64,000 nucleotides of DNA from positions 103,159 through 167,158 of the forward strand of contig CAKSKA010000001.1 in the NCBI GenBank assembly GCA_934464615.1, given 5' to 3'. Source of the DNA: an uncultured Eubacteriales bacterium. GTDB taxonomy: Bacteria > Bacillota > Clostridia > Oscillospirales > Acutalibacteraceae. The notes beneath the pieces were generated by a model. The model was not told where the DNA came from. It ran no database searches and saw only the letters and a program-made list of their open reading frames with translations. Made by a program: the position numbers and the translations under genes. Of the stretch, positions 1 through 10,049 are shown piece after piece; position 1 is the stretch's first letter; every line of letters starts with the position of its first letter.

Positions 1-608
1 ATCTTGATAAATATAAAAATATTTGGGATTTGTATATCAATAACTCTACGGTAGATTCATCTTCCCTTACCGCAGTTACCGGAGATCAGGCGACGGCTGA
101 ATTCACATCCGAAAAGGCTGTTTTTTATCAAAACGGAACTTGGGCATACAGCGATATTAAATCAATAGGCGACGATAATATAGGATATATTCCGATATAT
201 GCCGGAATTGACGACGCGTCCGAAGGACTGAGCTGCGGCACCGAAAACTTTTGGGCAGTAAACAAAAAGGCAAGTGAGGCCGACCGCAAGGCGACTCTTG
301 ATTTTCTTGCATGGGTGGCCACAAGCGATGAAGGCACTACGGCGCTTGCCGAAAATATGGGATTTATTTCTCCGTTTAAATCGGCTAAACCGGTTGATAA
401 TGTTCTTGCAAACATTATGAATAATTATGTAAATGAAGGTAAGTATAATGTTTCGTGGGCATTTAATTATACCCCTAACGTAGATGTATGGCGTGCGGAC
501 CTTGTTTCCGCGCTGGCGTCATATTCTGCCGGAAAAGGTGACTGGGAAGCGGTTAAAACAGCATTTGTTGACGGCTGGGATAAGCAGTATAAAGCTTCAA
601 AACGATAA
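1..608 (+). CDS. ABC transporter extracellular sugar-binding protein, C-terminal part (5' end outside window)
   Basis: Reading frame is open from nt 3 to the stop at 608, with no stop before the window edge. Sits directly upstream of two sugar-permease genes. Sequence looks like a family-1 solute-binding protein C-terminus. Confidence 0.7.
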   Translation, partial: LDKYKNIWDLYINNSTVDSSSLTAVTGDQATAEFTSEKAVFYQNGTWAYSDIKSIGDDNIGYIPIYAGIDDASEGLSCGTENFWAVNKKASEADRKATLDFLAWVATSDEGTTALAENMGFISPFKSAKPVDNVLANIMNNYVNEGKYNVSWAFNYTPNVDVWRADLVSALASYSAGKGDWEAVKTAFVDGWDKQYKASKR

Positions 609-629
609 AATTATTCGGTGGTGATTATT

Positions 630-1526
630 ATGGAACAGCGAAAATACAAGCATGATGCATCCGTGCTTGCCAATAAGGCACAGCGCCGTGCATTGCAAAA
701 ATACTCTCCGCTTTTTTTGCTGCCTACTGTCGCCGCATTTATAATCGGATTTGTATGGCCCTTTTTTCAGGGTATTTACCTCTCTTTTTTCAGATTCAGG
801 ACGCTTTCAAACATCAGTTTTACGGGCGTGTCCAATTATGTCTCGGCATTTACCGATCCATCGTTTTTACGTTCGTTTTGGTTTACGGCACTGTTTACGC
901 TGGTGTCGGTCATCCTTATAAATGTCATAGCTTTCCTTATAGCTTTTGCGCTTACAAAGGGTATAAAGGGTTCGTCGGTTTTTCGTACGGTATTTTTTAT
1001 GCCCAACCTTATAGGCGGCATAGTGCTGGGATATATATGGAAGATAATATTAAACGGCGTAATAATAAAATATTTAAGTTCAACACTTGCGCTTAATGCA
1101 ACCTACGGTTTTATAGGTCTTGTTATACTTGTTTGCTGGCAGCAAATAGGATATATGATGATAATTTATATTGCCGGACTTCAAAACGTCCCAGGCGAAC
1201 TTATTGAGGCGGCGAAAATCGACGGCGCGGGCGGCAGCCAAATACTGCGCTATATAACCTTGCCGTCGGTTATGCCCTCTGTCACCATATGCACATTTTT
1301 AACGCTTACCAATTCCTTTAAACTGTTTGATCAAAACTTGGCGCTTACAGCGGGCGAGCCGGCGCATCAAACCGAAATGCTTGCGCTTAATATTTACAAA
1401 TCTTTTTACGAAAGCACCACAAATATGGGCGTCGGACAGGCAAAAGCCGTTATATTTTTTATTGTTGTGGTTATAATTGCTTTAACGCAGCTATATTTTA
1501 CAGGCAGAAAAGAGGTGCAGCGATAA
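630..1526 (+). CDS. ABC sugar transporter permease (MalF/BPD_transp_1 type)
   Basis: Multi-TM protein with the EAA-type loop IEAAKIDGAGG. ATG 630 is preferred over GTG 618 because GGTGGTGA lies 5-6 nt upstream. Confidence 0.85.
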   Translation: MEQRKYKHDASVLANKAQRRALQKYSPLFLLPTVAAFIIGFVWPFFQGIYLSFFRFRTLSNISFTGVSNYVSAFTDPSFLRSFWFTALFTLVSVILINVIAFLIAFALTKGIKGSSVFRTVFFMPNLIGGIVLGYIWKIILNGVIIKYLSSTLALNATYGFIGLVILVCWQQIGYMMIIYIAGLQNVPGELIEAAKIDGAGGSQILRYITLPSVMPSVTICTFLTLTNSFKLFDQNLALTAGEPAHQTEMLALNIYKSFYESTTNMGVGQAKAVIFFIVVVIIALTQLYFTGRKEVQR

Positions 1527-2371
1527 TGGAAAAATCGAGGAATAACGGTAAAAAGTTTTTGACTTTGTTTTTTTCGCTGTTATCTGTCGTTTGGATAATG
1601 CCCGTGGTAATTGTGCTTGTAAACTCTTTTAAAACAAGCGATTCAATAGCACTGACGCCGTTTTCGCTGCCCAATACGGACAGTTTTGTCGGATTTGAAA
1701 ACTATACAAACGGCATTACGCACGGAAATTATCCGTTTTATATGTCTATTTTTTACAGTTTTGTAATTACGGTGGCGTCGGCGGCGCTTATATTGCTTTG
1801 CACGTCAATGGCAGCTTGGTATATAAGCAGGGTAAATTCGCCCGTTTGCCGTGCGGTATACTATTTTTGCATATTTTCTATGGTTGTGCCGTTCCAAATG
1901 GTTATGTTTACACTGTCAAAAACTGCGGATAACCTTTCGCTTAATACACCGTATACAATACCGGTTATTTATTTGGGTTTCGGTGCGGGACTTGCGGTGT
2001 TTATGTTCAGCGGATTTGTCAAAAGCATCCCTATGGAAATTGAGGAAGCGGCAACCATTGACGGCTGCACACCTTTGCAAACCTTTTTCCTTGTTGACGC
2101 GCCCATAATGAAATCGACCTATATTTCCGTAGGTATACTTGAAGTTATGTGGATATGGAACGATTATCTGCTTCCGTACTTGGTGCTTGACCGTACAAAA
2201 TATATGACAATACCCATACACATACAATTTTTACAGGGCAGTTACGGCAAAGTTGATTACGGCGCTACCATGGCGCTTATAATATTGTGTCTTATACCTA
2301 TAGCAGTGGTATACTTTACAAGTCAAAAGCATATTATTAAAGGCGTAATATCAGGCGCGGTTAAGGGGTAA
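1526..2371 (+). CDS. ABC sugar transporter permease (MalG type)
   Basis: Six predicted TM segments and the EAA loop EEAATIDGC. The start overlaps the upstream stop (TAATG), indicating translational coupling. Confidence 0.85.
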   Translation: MEKSRNNGKKFLTLFFSLLSVVWIMPVVIVLVNSFKTSDSIALTPFSLPNTDSFVGFENYTNGITHGNYPFYMSIFYSFVITVASAALILLCTSMAAWYISRVNSPVCRAVYYFCIFSMVVPFQMVMFTLSKTADNLSLNTPYTIPVIYLGFGAGLAVFMFSGFVKSIPMEIEEAATIDGCTPLQTFFLVDAPIMKSTYISVGILEVMWIWNDYLLPYLVLDRTKYMTIPIHIQFLQGSYGKVDYGATMALIILCLIPIAVVYFTSQKHIIKGVISGAVKG

Positions 2372-2374
2372 AAT

Positions 2375-3856
2375 ATGCGGGCAAACGGTATTTTAATGCC
2401 GATATTTTCATTGTCATCGGATTATCCGATAGGCACTATGGGAAAACCGGCTTACGAATTTATTGATTTTTTGGAAAAAGCAAAACAAACTTACTGGCAA
2501 ATATTGCCCGTAGGCCATACGGGATTCGGCGATTCGCCGTATCAGACGTTTTCGTGCTATGCGGGAAATCCTTATTTTATTGACCTTGAACTGCTTTATG
2601 ATAAAGGGTTGCTGACAAAAAAGGATTTAGAGGAAGAAAAAAGGTATTCGGAAGCGGACGGCGAAAATATAAATTACGGAAGACTGTATAAAACACGGTA
2701 TAAAACGCTTAAAAAAGCCTTCCGACTGTTTGAGGCGGACGAAAATTATACCGCGTTTTGCAATGAAAATGCGTATTGGCTTGAGCCTTACAGTATGTTT
2801 ATGGCGATAAAAGAGATACACGGCTCAAAAGGTATTGAAGATTGGGATATTGAGTATAAATTACGCGATTCCGCAGCGGTTGCGGCTGTGTCAGTACAAA
2901 GTGCCGAAAGTATTGAATTTTATAAATTTTTGCAATACGAATTTTTTGTGCAATGGCAGGCTATGCACGCCTATGCGGCGGCAGCCGGAATAAAAATAAT
3001 AGGCGATATGCCGATTTATGCCGCAGCCGACAGTGCGGATGTATGGAATGAGCCGGAGGTTTTTGCGGTTGATTCCCATATGACTCCCGTTTCGGTTGCG
3101 GGATGTCCGCCGGATGAATTTTCAAAAGACGGGCAACTGTGGGGAAATCCGCTTTACAATTGGGATAAAATGGCGCAAAATAATTTTGAATGGTGGAAGA
3201 GACGTTTAAGTCATAATTTTTCATTGTTTGATATTGTAAGAATAGACCATTTCAGAGGATTCGAATCTTACTACAGCATACCTTACGGTCTTACCGCGCG
3301 CAAAGGCAAGTGGGAAAAAGGTCCGTCCACGACGTTTTTTAACGAGATGAAACGGTGCTTCGGCAATGATATGCCTATAATAGCGGAAGATTTGGGATTT
3401 TTGACAGATGATGTAAGAAATCTGCTGAAAGAAACCGGATTTGCGGGTATGAAGGTGTTGCAGTTCGGCTTCGGCACAGGGCAGGACAGCGAATATCTGC
3501 CCCATAATTATACACGACACTGTGTTGTATATTTGGGTACCCACGATAACGACACCACCGCCGGATGGTTTAAGAATTTGAACGAGAGCGAAAAGGAAAA
3601 ACTGTTTTTGTACGCCGGCATTAAAAACGGTGACGATGTTGTGGAACGTATGATAGATCTTGCGATGGAAAGCGTTGCGGATATATGTATTTTAAGTATG
3701 CAGGATGTGCTGGGACTCGGCAGTCAGGCGCGCATTAATACGCCGTCTACGCTCGGGAATAACTGGCAATTTCGTATGAAAAAGCAAAATACGGACAGTA
3801 TAGCCGAAAGACTTGCCAAAAAAACGGAAGTATACGGCAGGGGCAAAATCGAATAG
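2375..3856 (+). CDS. malQ: 4-alpha-glucanotransferase (amylomaltase, GH77)
   Basis: GH77 motifs seen: GDMPIY, RIDHFRGF, IAEDLGF, GTHDNDT. Length 493 aa is typical for the family. Confidence 0.9.
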   Translation: MRANGILMPIFSLSSDYPIGTMGKPAYEFIDFLEKAKQTYWQILPVGHTGFGDSPYQTFSCYAGNPYFIDLELLYDKGLLTKKDLEEEKRYSEADGENINYGRLYKTRYKTLKKAFRLFEADENYTAFCNENAYWLEPYSMFMAIKEIHGSKGIEDWDIEYKLRDSAAVAAVSVQSAESIEFYKFLQYEFFVQWQAMHAYAAAAGIKIIGDMPIYAAADSADVWNEPEVFAVDSHMTPVSVAGCPPDEFSKDGQLWGNPLYNWDKMAQNNFEWWKRRLSHNFSLFDIVRIDHFRGFESYYSIPYGLTARKGKWEKGPSTTFFNEMKRCFGNDMPIIAEDLGFLTDDVRNLLKETGFAGMKVLQFGFGTGQDSEYLPHNYTRHCVVYLGTHDNDTTAGWFKNLNESEKEKLFLYAGIKNGDDVVERMIDLAMESVADICILSMQDVLGLGSQARINTPSTLGNNWQFRMKKQNTDSIAERLAKKTEVYGRGKIE

Positions 3857-3866
3857 GGGTGTGGTT

Positions 3867-4337
3867 ATGAAAATAAAAAAGGGTGCACTTATATTAAGTA
3901 TTCTTATTCCGCTTGCGGTGGGCGGACTGTCCGCGCTTATATCGGGTTCGGCGATGAAGGCGTTTGAAACGGTAAATAAACCGCCGCTGTCGCCGCCTAT
4001 GGTTGTTTTTCCTATTGCGTGGACCGTACTTTACATCCTTATGGGTATAGCGTCGTATCTTGTTTACAATTCAAACGCGTCGGATAATCGTTCCGTATCC
4101 GCATTGTTTTTTTATGCGGCGCAGTTGGCAGTCAACTTTTTCTGGTCAATTATATTCTTTAATTTAAAAATGTATTTGTTTGCATTTATTTGGCTGTTGC
4201 TGCTTATAGTATTGACGGTTATAACAACGGTAAAGTTTTCTAAAATCAGCACTGCGGCAGGCTGGCTTATGGTGCCGTATTTGGCATGGCTTTTGTTTGC
4301 GGCTTATTTAAACCTCGGCATAGTAATTTTAAACTGA
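3867..4337 (+). CDS. tspO: TspO/MBR family tryptophan-rich sensory protein
   Basis: Five TM segments and a Trp-rich sequence (FPIAWTVLY, NFFWSIIFF, PYLAWLLFAAYLN). Start moved to ATG 3867 because the longer ORF overlaps the malQ 3' end. Confidence 0.8.
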   Translation: MKIKKGALILSILIPLAVGGLSALISGSAMKAFETVNKPPLSPPMVVFPIAWTVLYILMGIASYLVYNSNASDNRSVSALFFYAAQLAVNFFWSIIFFNLKMYLFAFIWLLLLIVLTVITTVKFSKISTAAGWLMVPYLAWLLFAAYLNLGIVILN

Positions 4338-4340
4338 AAT

Positions 4341-4373
4341 AAAACCCGTATCTGTTTTACAGATACGGGTTTT
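4341..4373. terminator. Bidirectional intrinsic terminator between tspO and dnaJ
   Basis: AAAACCCGTATCTG-ttttac-AGATACGGGTTTT: a perfect ~13-bp stem flanked by an A-run and a T-run. Confidence 0.75.
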
Positions 4374-4374
4374 A

Positions 4375-5529
4375 TTAATCGTTAAAAAAGCTTTTAAGTT
4401 TATCCGCAAAGCTCTTTTTGTTTTTATAATTGCTGTCGGTTGTAATGCTGTCAAATTCCTTTAATTTTTCTTTTTGCGCTTTTGTAAGATTTTTAGGTAC
4501 TTCCACTTTCACCTTAACATATTGGTCTCCGCGGCCGGAGTAGCGCAGACGCTGTATGCCTTTGCCGCGCAGTTTAAATTCGTCACCGGACTGCGTTCCC
4601 TCATGTATAGTGAACTTTACCTTCCCGTCAAGCGTAGGTACCGTAATTTCAGCACCTAAGGCGGCTTGTGTAAATGTTATCGGAATTTCGCAGAATACAT
4701 CGTAACCCTCCCGTTCAAAAATCGGATGAGGTCTTACGTTTACATTGATATGCAAATCTCCCGACGGTCCGCCGTTTGTTCCGGCATCGCCGCCGCCGCG
4801 CAGGTTTATTACCTGTCCGTCGTCAATACCGGCAGGTATTTCGATTTCGCGGTCAAGCGTGTGGCGTATTTTGCCCTTGCCGGCGCAGGTGCGGCAGGGC
4901 TTATCAATTATTTTACCGGTACCGCGGCATTGCTCGCAGGGACGCTGTGTTTGTATTGAACCGAACGGTGTGCGCTGTACCGAGGATACGCTGCCCGTAC
5001 CGTGACAGGCAGGACACGTACGCGGAACAGAACCCTTTTCGGCGCCTGTGCCGTCACAATCCTTGCAGTTTTCAATACGCGTTATTTTTATTGTTTTTTT
5101 ACAGCCCTTTGCGGCCTCTTCAAAAGAAATTACGACGTTTGCGGCAGTATCGTTGCCACGCCGCGGCGCATTCGGATTTCTTCTTGCTCCGCCGCCGAAC
5201 ATACTGCCGAATATATCTCCCAAATCGCCGAAATCACCGAATCCGCCGAAACCGCCGCCGAATCCCGATCCGCCGGCGCCTCCGGCACCGAAGTTGGGAT
5301 CGACGCCTGCATGGCCGAATTGGTCGTAACGGGCGCGCTTTTCTTTATCGGACAAAACTTCGTACGCCTCGTTAACTTCTTTAAATTTCTTTTCGGCTTC
5401 GGCATCTCCCGGATTTAAATCCGGATGATATTTTTTTGCGGCTTTACGGTACGCTTTTTTTAATTCATCATCGCTGACGCTTTTATCAACGCCCAGCACT
5501 TCATAATAATCTCGTTTTTCTTCAGCCAA
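4375..5529 (-). CDS. dnaJ: Molecular chaperone DnaJ
   Basis: J-domain with HPD (KYHPDLNP), a G/F-rich linker, and four CxxCxGxG zinc-finger repeats. TTG start 6 nt after AGGAGAG. Confidence 0.97.
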   Translation of the reverse strand: MAEEKRDYYEVLGVDKSVSDDELKKAYRKAAKKYHPDLNPGDAEAEKKFKEVNEAYEVLSDKEKRARYDQFGHAGVDPNFGAGGAGGSGFGGGFGGFGDFGDLGDIFGSMFGGGARRNPNAPRRGNDTAANVVISFEEAAKGCKKTIKITRIENCKDCDGTGAEKGSVPRTCPACHGTGSVSSVQRTPFGSIQTQRPCEQCRGTGKIIDKPCRTCAGKGKIRHTLDREIEIPAGIDDGQVINLRGGGDAGTNGGPSGDLHINVNVRPHPIFEREGYDVFCEIPITFTQAALGAEITVPTLDGKVKFTIHEGTQSGDEFKLRGKGIQRLRYSGRGDQYVKVKVEVPKNLTKAQKEKLKEFDSITTDSNYKNKKSFADKLKSFFND

Positions 5530-5610
5530 AATAATCTCTCCTAATTAACGGGTTTCGGCGGTGGGCAGAGCCGTTATAATAGTCCTGCCCGCCGCCTGCA
5601 TTAAATCAAA

Positions 5611-7455
5611 TTATTTTTTGCTGTCGTCAACGTCTGTGTAGTCGGCATCGTAAACATTGTTGCCGTCAGCGGTCTGTGTGCCGCCGTCGGATGCGCCCTG
5701 TTGTGCGGCACCCTGTGCGTCTGCGGCAGCTTTATATATCTTCTCGCTTACTGCATAAATTTCTTTCTGCAATGCTTCTTGAGAAGCCTTTATTGCCTCT
5801 ATATCCTCACCCTTAAGTTTTTCTTTAAGGTCGTCCTTAGCGGCTTCGATCTTGGATTTTTCTTCCGCGGTAATTTTATCACCGAATTCGCTTATTGTCT
5901 TTTCGGTCTGATAAATCATCTGGTCCGCGCCGTTTCTTACATCAATTGCTTCCTTGCGCTTTTTGTCTTCTGCCGCATACTGCTCGGCTTCTTTAACAGC
6001 CTTATCAATATCTTCTTTGGACATATTTGTGTTGGATGTAATTGTAATGTTGTTTTCCTTGCCTGTGCCGAGGTCTTTTGCTGATACGTGAACTATACCG
6101 TTGGCATCAATATCGAAAGTAACTTCAATCTGAGGAATTCCGCGCGGAGCCGGAGCAATACCGTCGAGGTGGAATACACCCAAGGTCTTGTTGTCCTTTG
6201 CAAATTCTCTCTCGCCTTGCAGTACGTGTACTTCAACAGAAGTCTGACCGTCTGCCGCGGTAGAGAATATCTGACTCTTTTTGGCAGGGATGGTGGTGTT
6301 TCTGTCAATTACCTTTGTGGAAACGCCGCCCATTGTTTCAATACCGAGTGATAACGGAGTAACATCAAGCAGTAAGAGTCCCTTAACGTCGCCGCCGAGA
6401 ACGCCGCCCTGAAGCGCCGCGCCTATGGCTACACATTCATCGGGGTTAATGCCCTTAAACGGTTCCTTGCCCATAAAGTTTTTAATTGCTTCCTGTACGG
6501 CAGGAATTCTTGAAGAACCGCCGACCATAAGAACCTTGTTTATATCGTCTTTGTTGAGCCCCGAATCTGAAAGTGCCTGACGAACAGGTCCCATTGTTGC
6601 TTCTACCAAATCTGCGGTAAGTTCGTTAAATTTAGCTCTTGAAAGTGTGGTTTCAAAGTGTTTCGGACCGTTGGCATCGGCTGTAATAAAGGGCAGGTTT
6701 ATATCGGCCTGTGTCATACCGGAAAGGTCGATTTTGGCTTTTTCGGCTGCTTCTTTAATACGCTGCATCGCCATTTTATCGCCCGACAGGTCAATACCGT
6801 TTTCAGCCTTAAATCCGGCAACTATCCAATCCATTATGCGTTTATCAAAGTCATCGCCGCCGAGTCGGTTGTTACCGGCTGTAGCCAAAACTTCCTGAAC
6901 ACCGTCGCCCATCTCAATTATTGAAACATCGAAAGTACCGCCGCCGAGGTCGTATACCATAACCTTTTGGTCGTTATCCTTATCAATGCCGTAAGCAAGG
7001 GCTGCGGCTGTAGGCTCGTTTATAATTCTCTTAACTTCAAGTCCGGCAATTTTACCGGCATCTTTTGTTGCCTGGCGTTGTGCGTCCGTAAAGTATGCAG
7101 GAACGGTAATTACCGCTTCGCTTACGGTTGTTCCGAGGTAAGCCTCGGCGTCTGCCTTAAGTTTTTGCAGAATAATTGCGGATATTTCCTGCGGTGTATA
7201 GGCCTTACCGTCGATAGTTACGGTATAATCAGTGCCCATTTCACGTTTAATGGAGCTTATTGTTCTGTCCGGATTTGCAATAGCCTGACGCTTTGCAACC
7301 TGACCTACCATACGCTCACCTGTTTTTGAAAATGCAACTACACTCGGTGTAGTTCTGCCGCCTTCGGCATTTGCAATAACAACTGCTTCGCCGCCTTCCA
7401 TAACAGCTACGCAGGAATTTGTAGTACCTAAATCAATACCTATAATTTTTCCCAT
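5611..7455 (-). CDS. dnaK: Molecular chaperone DnaK (Hsp70)
   Basis: Hsp70 signatures [16 protein letters not shown] and [17 protein letters not shown] upstream. Confidence 0.99.
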   Translation of the reverse strand: MGKIIGIDLGTTNSCVAVMEGGEAVVIANAEGGRTTPSVVAFSKTGERMVGQVAKRQAIANPDRTISSIKREMGTDYTVTIDGKAYTPQEISAIILQKLKADAEAYLGTTVSEAVITVPAYFTDAQRQATKDAGKIAGLEVKRIINEPTAAALAYGIDKDNDQKVMVYDLGGGTFDVSIIEMGDGVQEVLATAGNNRLGGDDFDKRIMDWIVAGFKAENGIDLSGDKMAMQRIKEAAEKAKIDLSGMTQADINLPFITADANGPKHFETTLSRAKFNELTADLVEATMGPVRQALSDSGLNKDDINKVLMVGGSSRIPAVQEAIKNFMGKEPFKGINPDECVAIGAALQGGVLGGDVKGLLLLDVTPLSLGIETMGGVSTKVIDRNTTIPAKKSQIFSTAADGQTSVEVHVLQGEREFAKDNKTLGVFHLDGIAPAPRGIPQIEVTFDIDANGIVHVSAKDLGTGKENNITITSNTNMSKEDIDKAVKEAEQYAAEDKKRKEAIDVRNGADQMIYQTEKTISEFGDKITAEEKSKIEAAKDDLKEKLKGEDIEAIKASQEALQKEIYAVSEKIYKAAADAQGAAQQGASDGGTQTADGNNVYDADYTDVDDSKK

Positions 7456-7514
7456 AATTAATTACTCCTTTAATATTCAAAAAGTTATTGTTTATTATAT
7501 AAAGCACTCTCGTG

Positions 7515-8075
7515 CTAATTGGCAACCGATACCATTGCGGTGCGTATAACCGTGTCGCCTGTTTTGTAGCCTTGCTGCAAAACCTGTGCTACGGTGTTTT
7601 CACCGAGATTTTCGTCTTCGGTATGCATTACCGCTTCGTGAAGAGCCGGATCAAATGTGTCACCGACGGCGGCTATGGGGGTAATCGCAAGCGTTTCCTT
7701 TAATGCGGAAAACTGTTTTATTATCATTTCAATACCCTTTATATAATCCGGATTTTGCAAATCCGCTTCGCCCGCACGGTCGATATTATCAATTATCGGC
7801 AACAGTTTCTTGATTAAATCCGCTTTTACAAATTCGCCCACTGATAATTTTTCGCGCTCGGTACGTTTTTTGTAATTGTCAAACTCAGCTGCGGTACGCA
7901 GCAGCATATCGTGCTCTTTTTCAAGTTCTGCCTTAAGTTTTGCCGTTTCGTCTTCCTTTTTCTTTTTATGCTTTTGGGTGTTTTCTTTTTCCGCCTCGTG
8001 TTCGGCTTTGTGTTCGACCTTTTGTTCGGTCTCGTTTGCCTGCTGTTCGGCGGACTGTTTTTCTTTTTCTGCCAA
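7515..8075 (-). CDS. grpE: Nucleotide exchange factor GrpE
   Basis: Lys/Glu-rich N-terminus followed by a GrpE core. Located between hrcA and dnaK. TTG start behind GGAGGAA. Confidence 0.95.
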   Translation of the reverse strand: MAEKEKQSAEQQANETEQKVEHKAEHEAEKENTQKHKKKKEDETAKLKAELEKEHDMLLRTAAEFDNYKKRTEREKLSVGEFVKADLIKKLLPIIDNIDRAGEADLQNPDYIKGIEMIIKQFSALKETLAITPIAAVGDTFDPALHEAVMHTEDENLGENTVAQVLQQGYKTGDTVIRTAMVSVAN

Positions 8076-8077
8076 AT

Positions 8078-9115
8078 CTATTCCTCCATGCCGCTTAGGG
8101 TTTCGGTCAACAGTTCGTTCATACGTTTTGCCGTGTATTCAATACTGGGCAAAATTTGCTCGTACGACATCCTTGTAGGACCTATTACGCCTAAACATCC
8201 TTCATTATTATTACCTGCACGGTATTTTGCAAAAACTATGCCGGTGGGGCGAAGCGCACTGTATGACGTTTCACCGCCGAAAACCACGCCGGCATCTGCA
8301 CTTGATTTGCCTAAAAGCGACAACAATGTATCCCTCTTGTGCATAAGCGCAATAATTTTTTCCGCATATCCCGACAGGAAACTTATATTGTATAAAGCCG
8401 ATTGACCGCTTATACTTACTGCGGAGTTTTCCATATCCGAAATCATAACGCTTAATGTTGAAAACAACGGCATTACGCTGAGTGCCTGAATTCCCAGAGA
8501 GGAAAGCGCCGTTTGAAGCGCAGCGGGATTAAGCTGCGAAATGTTTTTACCTTTAACAAACTCGTTTACCAGTTTATCAAACTGATGTGTAACGTCATAT
8601 GATAAAACATCTGCCGTATGGCACAGCCGACTTCTCGAATGTCCGTCCGAGGTTATAAGAATTATCATTGCAAGACGGTCGGAAAGCTTTAAAAGTTCAA
8701 CCCGTTTTACCCTCGGTCCGGCAGGGGAAATATCCGCTGCTATGGAAGGCAACCCCGTTATTTGACTTAAAACTTTTCCGGCGGTGTCGGGCAATGCGTC
8801 CGGATCTCCCGCAACCTTAGTAAGCGAACTGTCTATATATCCGCGAAGCTCGTCACTCAGCAAATCCTTATCCATAAGCGTTTCTACGTATAATTTATAT
8901 CCTGCGGCAGTCGGAATTCTGCCTGCCGATGTGTGCGGCTGATCGAGAAATCCCAAATTGCAAAGCGTACTCATTTCATTCCTGAGTGTTGCGCTTGAAG
9001 GGGCATTCTCCATAACCTCGCACAGCAGTTTAGAGCCTACCGGCTCGCCTGATATAATGTACATACGTACTATAGCGGCAAGTATTTGCTGCTGCCTTTT
9101 GGAAAGCGTCATCAT
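8078..9115 (-). CDS. hrcA: Heat-inducible transcription repressor HrcA
   Basis: HrcA-like N-terminal winged helix (RQQQILAAIVRMYIISGEPVGSK). First gene of the dnaK operon, preceded by CIRCE. Confidence 0.95.
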   Translation of the reverse strand: MMTLSKRQQQILAAIVRMYIISGEPVGSKLLCEVMENAPSSATLRNEMSTLCNLGFLDQPHTSAGRIPTAAGYKLYVETLMDKDLLSDELRGYIDSSLTKVAGDPDALPDTAGKVLSQITGLPSIAADISPAGPRVKRVELLKLSDRLAMIILITSDGHSRSRLCHTADVLSYDVTHQFDKLVNEFVKGKNISQLNPAALQTALSSLGIQALSVMPLFSTLSVMISDMENSAVSISGQSALYNISFLSGYAEKIIALMHKRDTLLSLLGKSSADAGVVFGGETSYSALRPTGIVFAKYRAGNNNEGCLGVIGPTRMSYEQILPSIEYTAKRMNELLTETLSGMEE

Positions 9116-9133
9116 TTTTCACTTCTTTCGGGT

Positions 9134-9160
9134 TTAGCACTCTAACGCTTTGAGTGCTAA
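9134..9160 (-). promoter_or_regulatory. CIRCE operator (HrcA binding site)
   Basis: TTAGCACTC-N9-GAGTGCTAA, a perfect match to the CIRCE consensus. Lies between the predicted -10 box and the hrcA start. Confidence 0.95.
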
Positions 9161-9168
9161 CAATTATT

Positions 9169-9196
9169 ATTATATTCGCAAAACCGTAAATGTCAA
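9169..9196 (-). promoter_or_regulatory. Sigma-A type promoter of the hrcA-grpE-dnaK-dnaJ operon
   Basis: Minus strand reads TTGACA-16 nt-TATAAT, immediately upstream of CIRCE. Confidence 0.7.
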
Positions 9197-9235
9197 GTGT
9201 TTTTTGAAAAATTTTTTTGACTTTCCCTGACTTTT

Positions 9236-9278
9236 ATAAAAATGCCGTAAAATCCGCTTGTACGGACTCTACGGCATT
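9236..9278 (-). terminator. Intrinsic terminator after the SleB-like gene
   Basis: Minus strand: AATGCCGTA...TACGGCATT stem followed by TTTTTAT. Confidence 0.6.
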
Positions 9279-9282
9279 GTAA

Positions 9283-9927
9283 TTATTTACAAAAAATATG
9301 ATTGCCTATTGTTGTTATTGCAGGGCGGCTCCATATCCATTTGCTTGTTGCGGTTGACGGGTTAAAATAATAAATCGCACCGCCGCTCGGATCAACTCCG
9401 TTAAGCGCATCTCTGGCGGCGGAATAAGCCGAATCGGCTACGGGTTTGTCAAATTGTCCGTCATAAAGGCAGGAAAATGCCCCCGGCTGATATACCACTC
9501 CCGAAATTGTATCCGGAAAGGAAGGGTGTTCCACACGGTTGAGAATTACGGCGCCTACGGCGACTTGCCCTTCATAACTTTCTCCGCGTGCCTCTGCCGA
9601 AATAATACGTGCTAAAAGTCGGTAATCGCTGTCGGAATAATTGCCGGACGAGCCGGAAGTCAAGCCGAGGGCGGCGAGTGTTTTATCTCCCACGATGCCG
9701 TCTGCGGTTAGCTTGTTTGCTTTTTGAAAGGCTTTTACGGCGCTTTGTGTTTTGCTGCCGAAAATTCCGTCCGTACCGCCGGTATCGTAGCCTAATTCGT
9801 TAAGTTTTACTTGTATTGCGCGCACTTCCTCTCCGCGGGAGCCGTAACGGGAGAGTGCCGAACTGTTTATAACCGCACCGCACAGGAATATTGCAAGCAG
9901 TAAAATTGCAAAAATGCGTTTTTTCAT
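9283..9927 (-). CDS. Cell wall hydrolase, SleB-type (PG_binding_1 + Hydrolase_2 domains)
   Basis: N-terminal signal peptide. Peptidoglycan-binding repeat (GSRGEEVRAIQVKLNELGY...GIFGSKTQSAVKAFQ). C-terminal SleB-like core (ARIISAEARGE...VAVGAVILNR). Confidence 0.8.
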   Translation of the reverse strand: MKKRIFAILLLAIFLCGAVINSSALSRYGSRGEEVRAIQVKLNELGYDTGGTDGIFGSKTQSAVKAFQKANKLTADGIVGDKTLAALGLTSGSSGNYSDSDYRLLARIISAEARGESYEGQVAVGAVILNRVEHPSFPDTISGVVYQPGAFSCLYDGQFDKPVADSAYSAARDALNGVDPSGGAIYYFNPSTATSKWIWSRPAITTIGNHIFCK

Positions 9928-9986
9928 AATTATCCTCCGCTTTGTATATATACAATATTATTTGCAAATTCCGGTCGAAAATACAG

Positions 9987-10015
9987 TTGAAAATCATAAA
10001 TAATGGGAGTATAAT
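9987..10015 (+). promoter_or_regulatory. Sigma-A type promoter of the antiporter gene
   Basis: TTGAAA-17 nt-TATAAT, about 35 nt upstream of the GTG start. Confidence 0.55.
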
Positions 10016-10049
10016 TAATTTTCGGAAAAAATTAAAGGGAAATGATTTT

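Noticed and set aside
4474-5418. Several long plus-strand ORFs (up to 199 aa, Arg/Pro-rich) antisense to dnaJ.
   Set aside because: They lie fully inside a clearly identified dnaJ gene. Their low-complexity composition mirrors the Gly/Phe-rich and Cys-repeat codons of dnaJ, and they have no RBS. These are shadow ORFs.
5545-5600. GC-rich hairpin (GGCGGCGGGCAG...CTGCCCACCGCC on the minus strand) between dnaK and dnaJ.
   Set aside because: It is not followed by a T-run. Intra-operon stem-loops that tune dnaK/dnaJ stoichiometry are common, so this looks ordinary.
7503-7518. CIRCE-arm-like palindrome AAGCACTC-TC-GTGCTAA at the grpE stop, upstream of dnaK (a possible second HrcA operator).
   Set aside because: The arms resemble CIRCE halves, but the spacer is collapsed from 9 nt to about 2, which does not fit dimeric HrcA binding. 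It is probably a chance or relic sequence, or a small mRNA hairpin.
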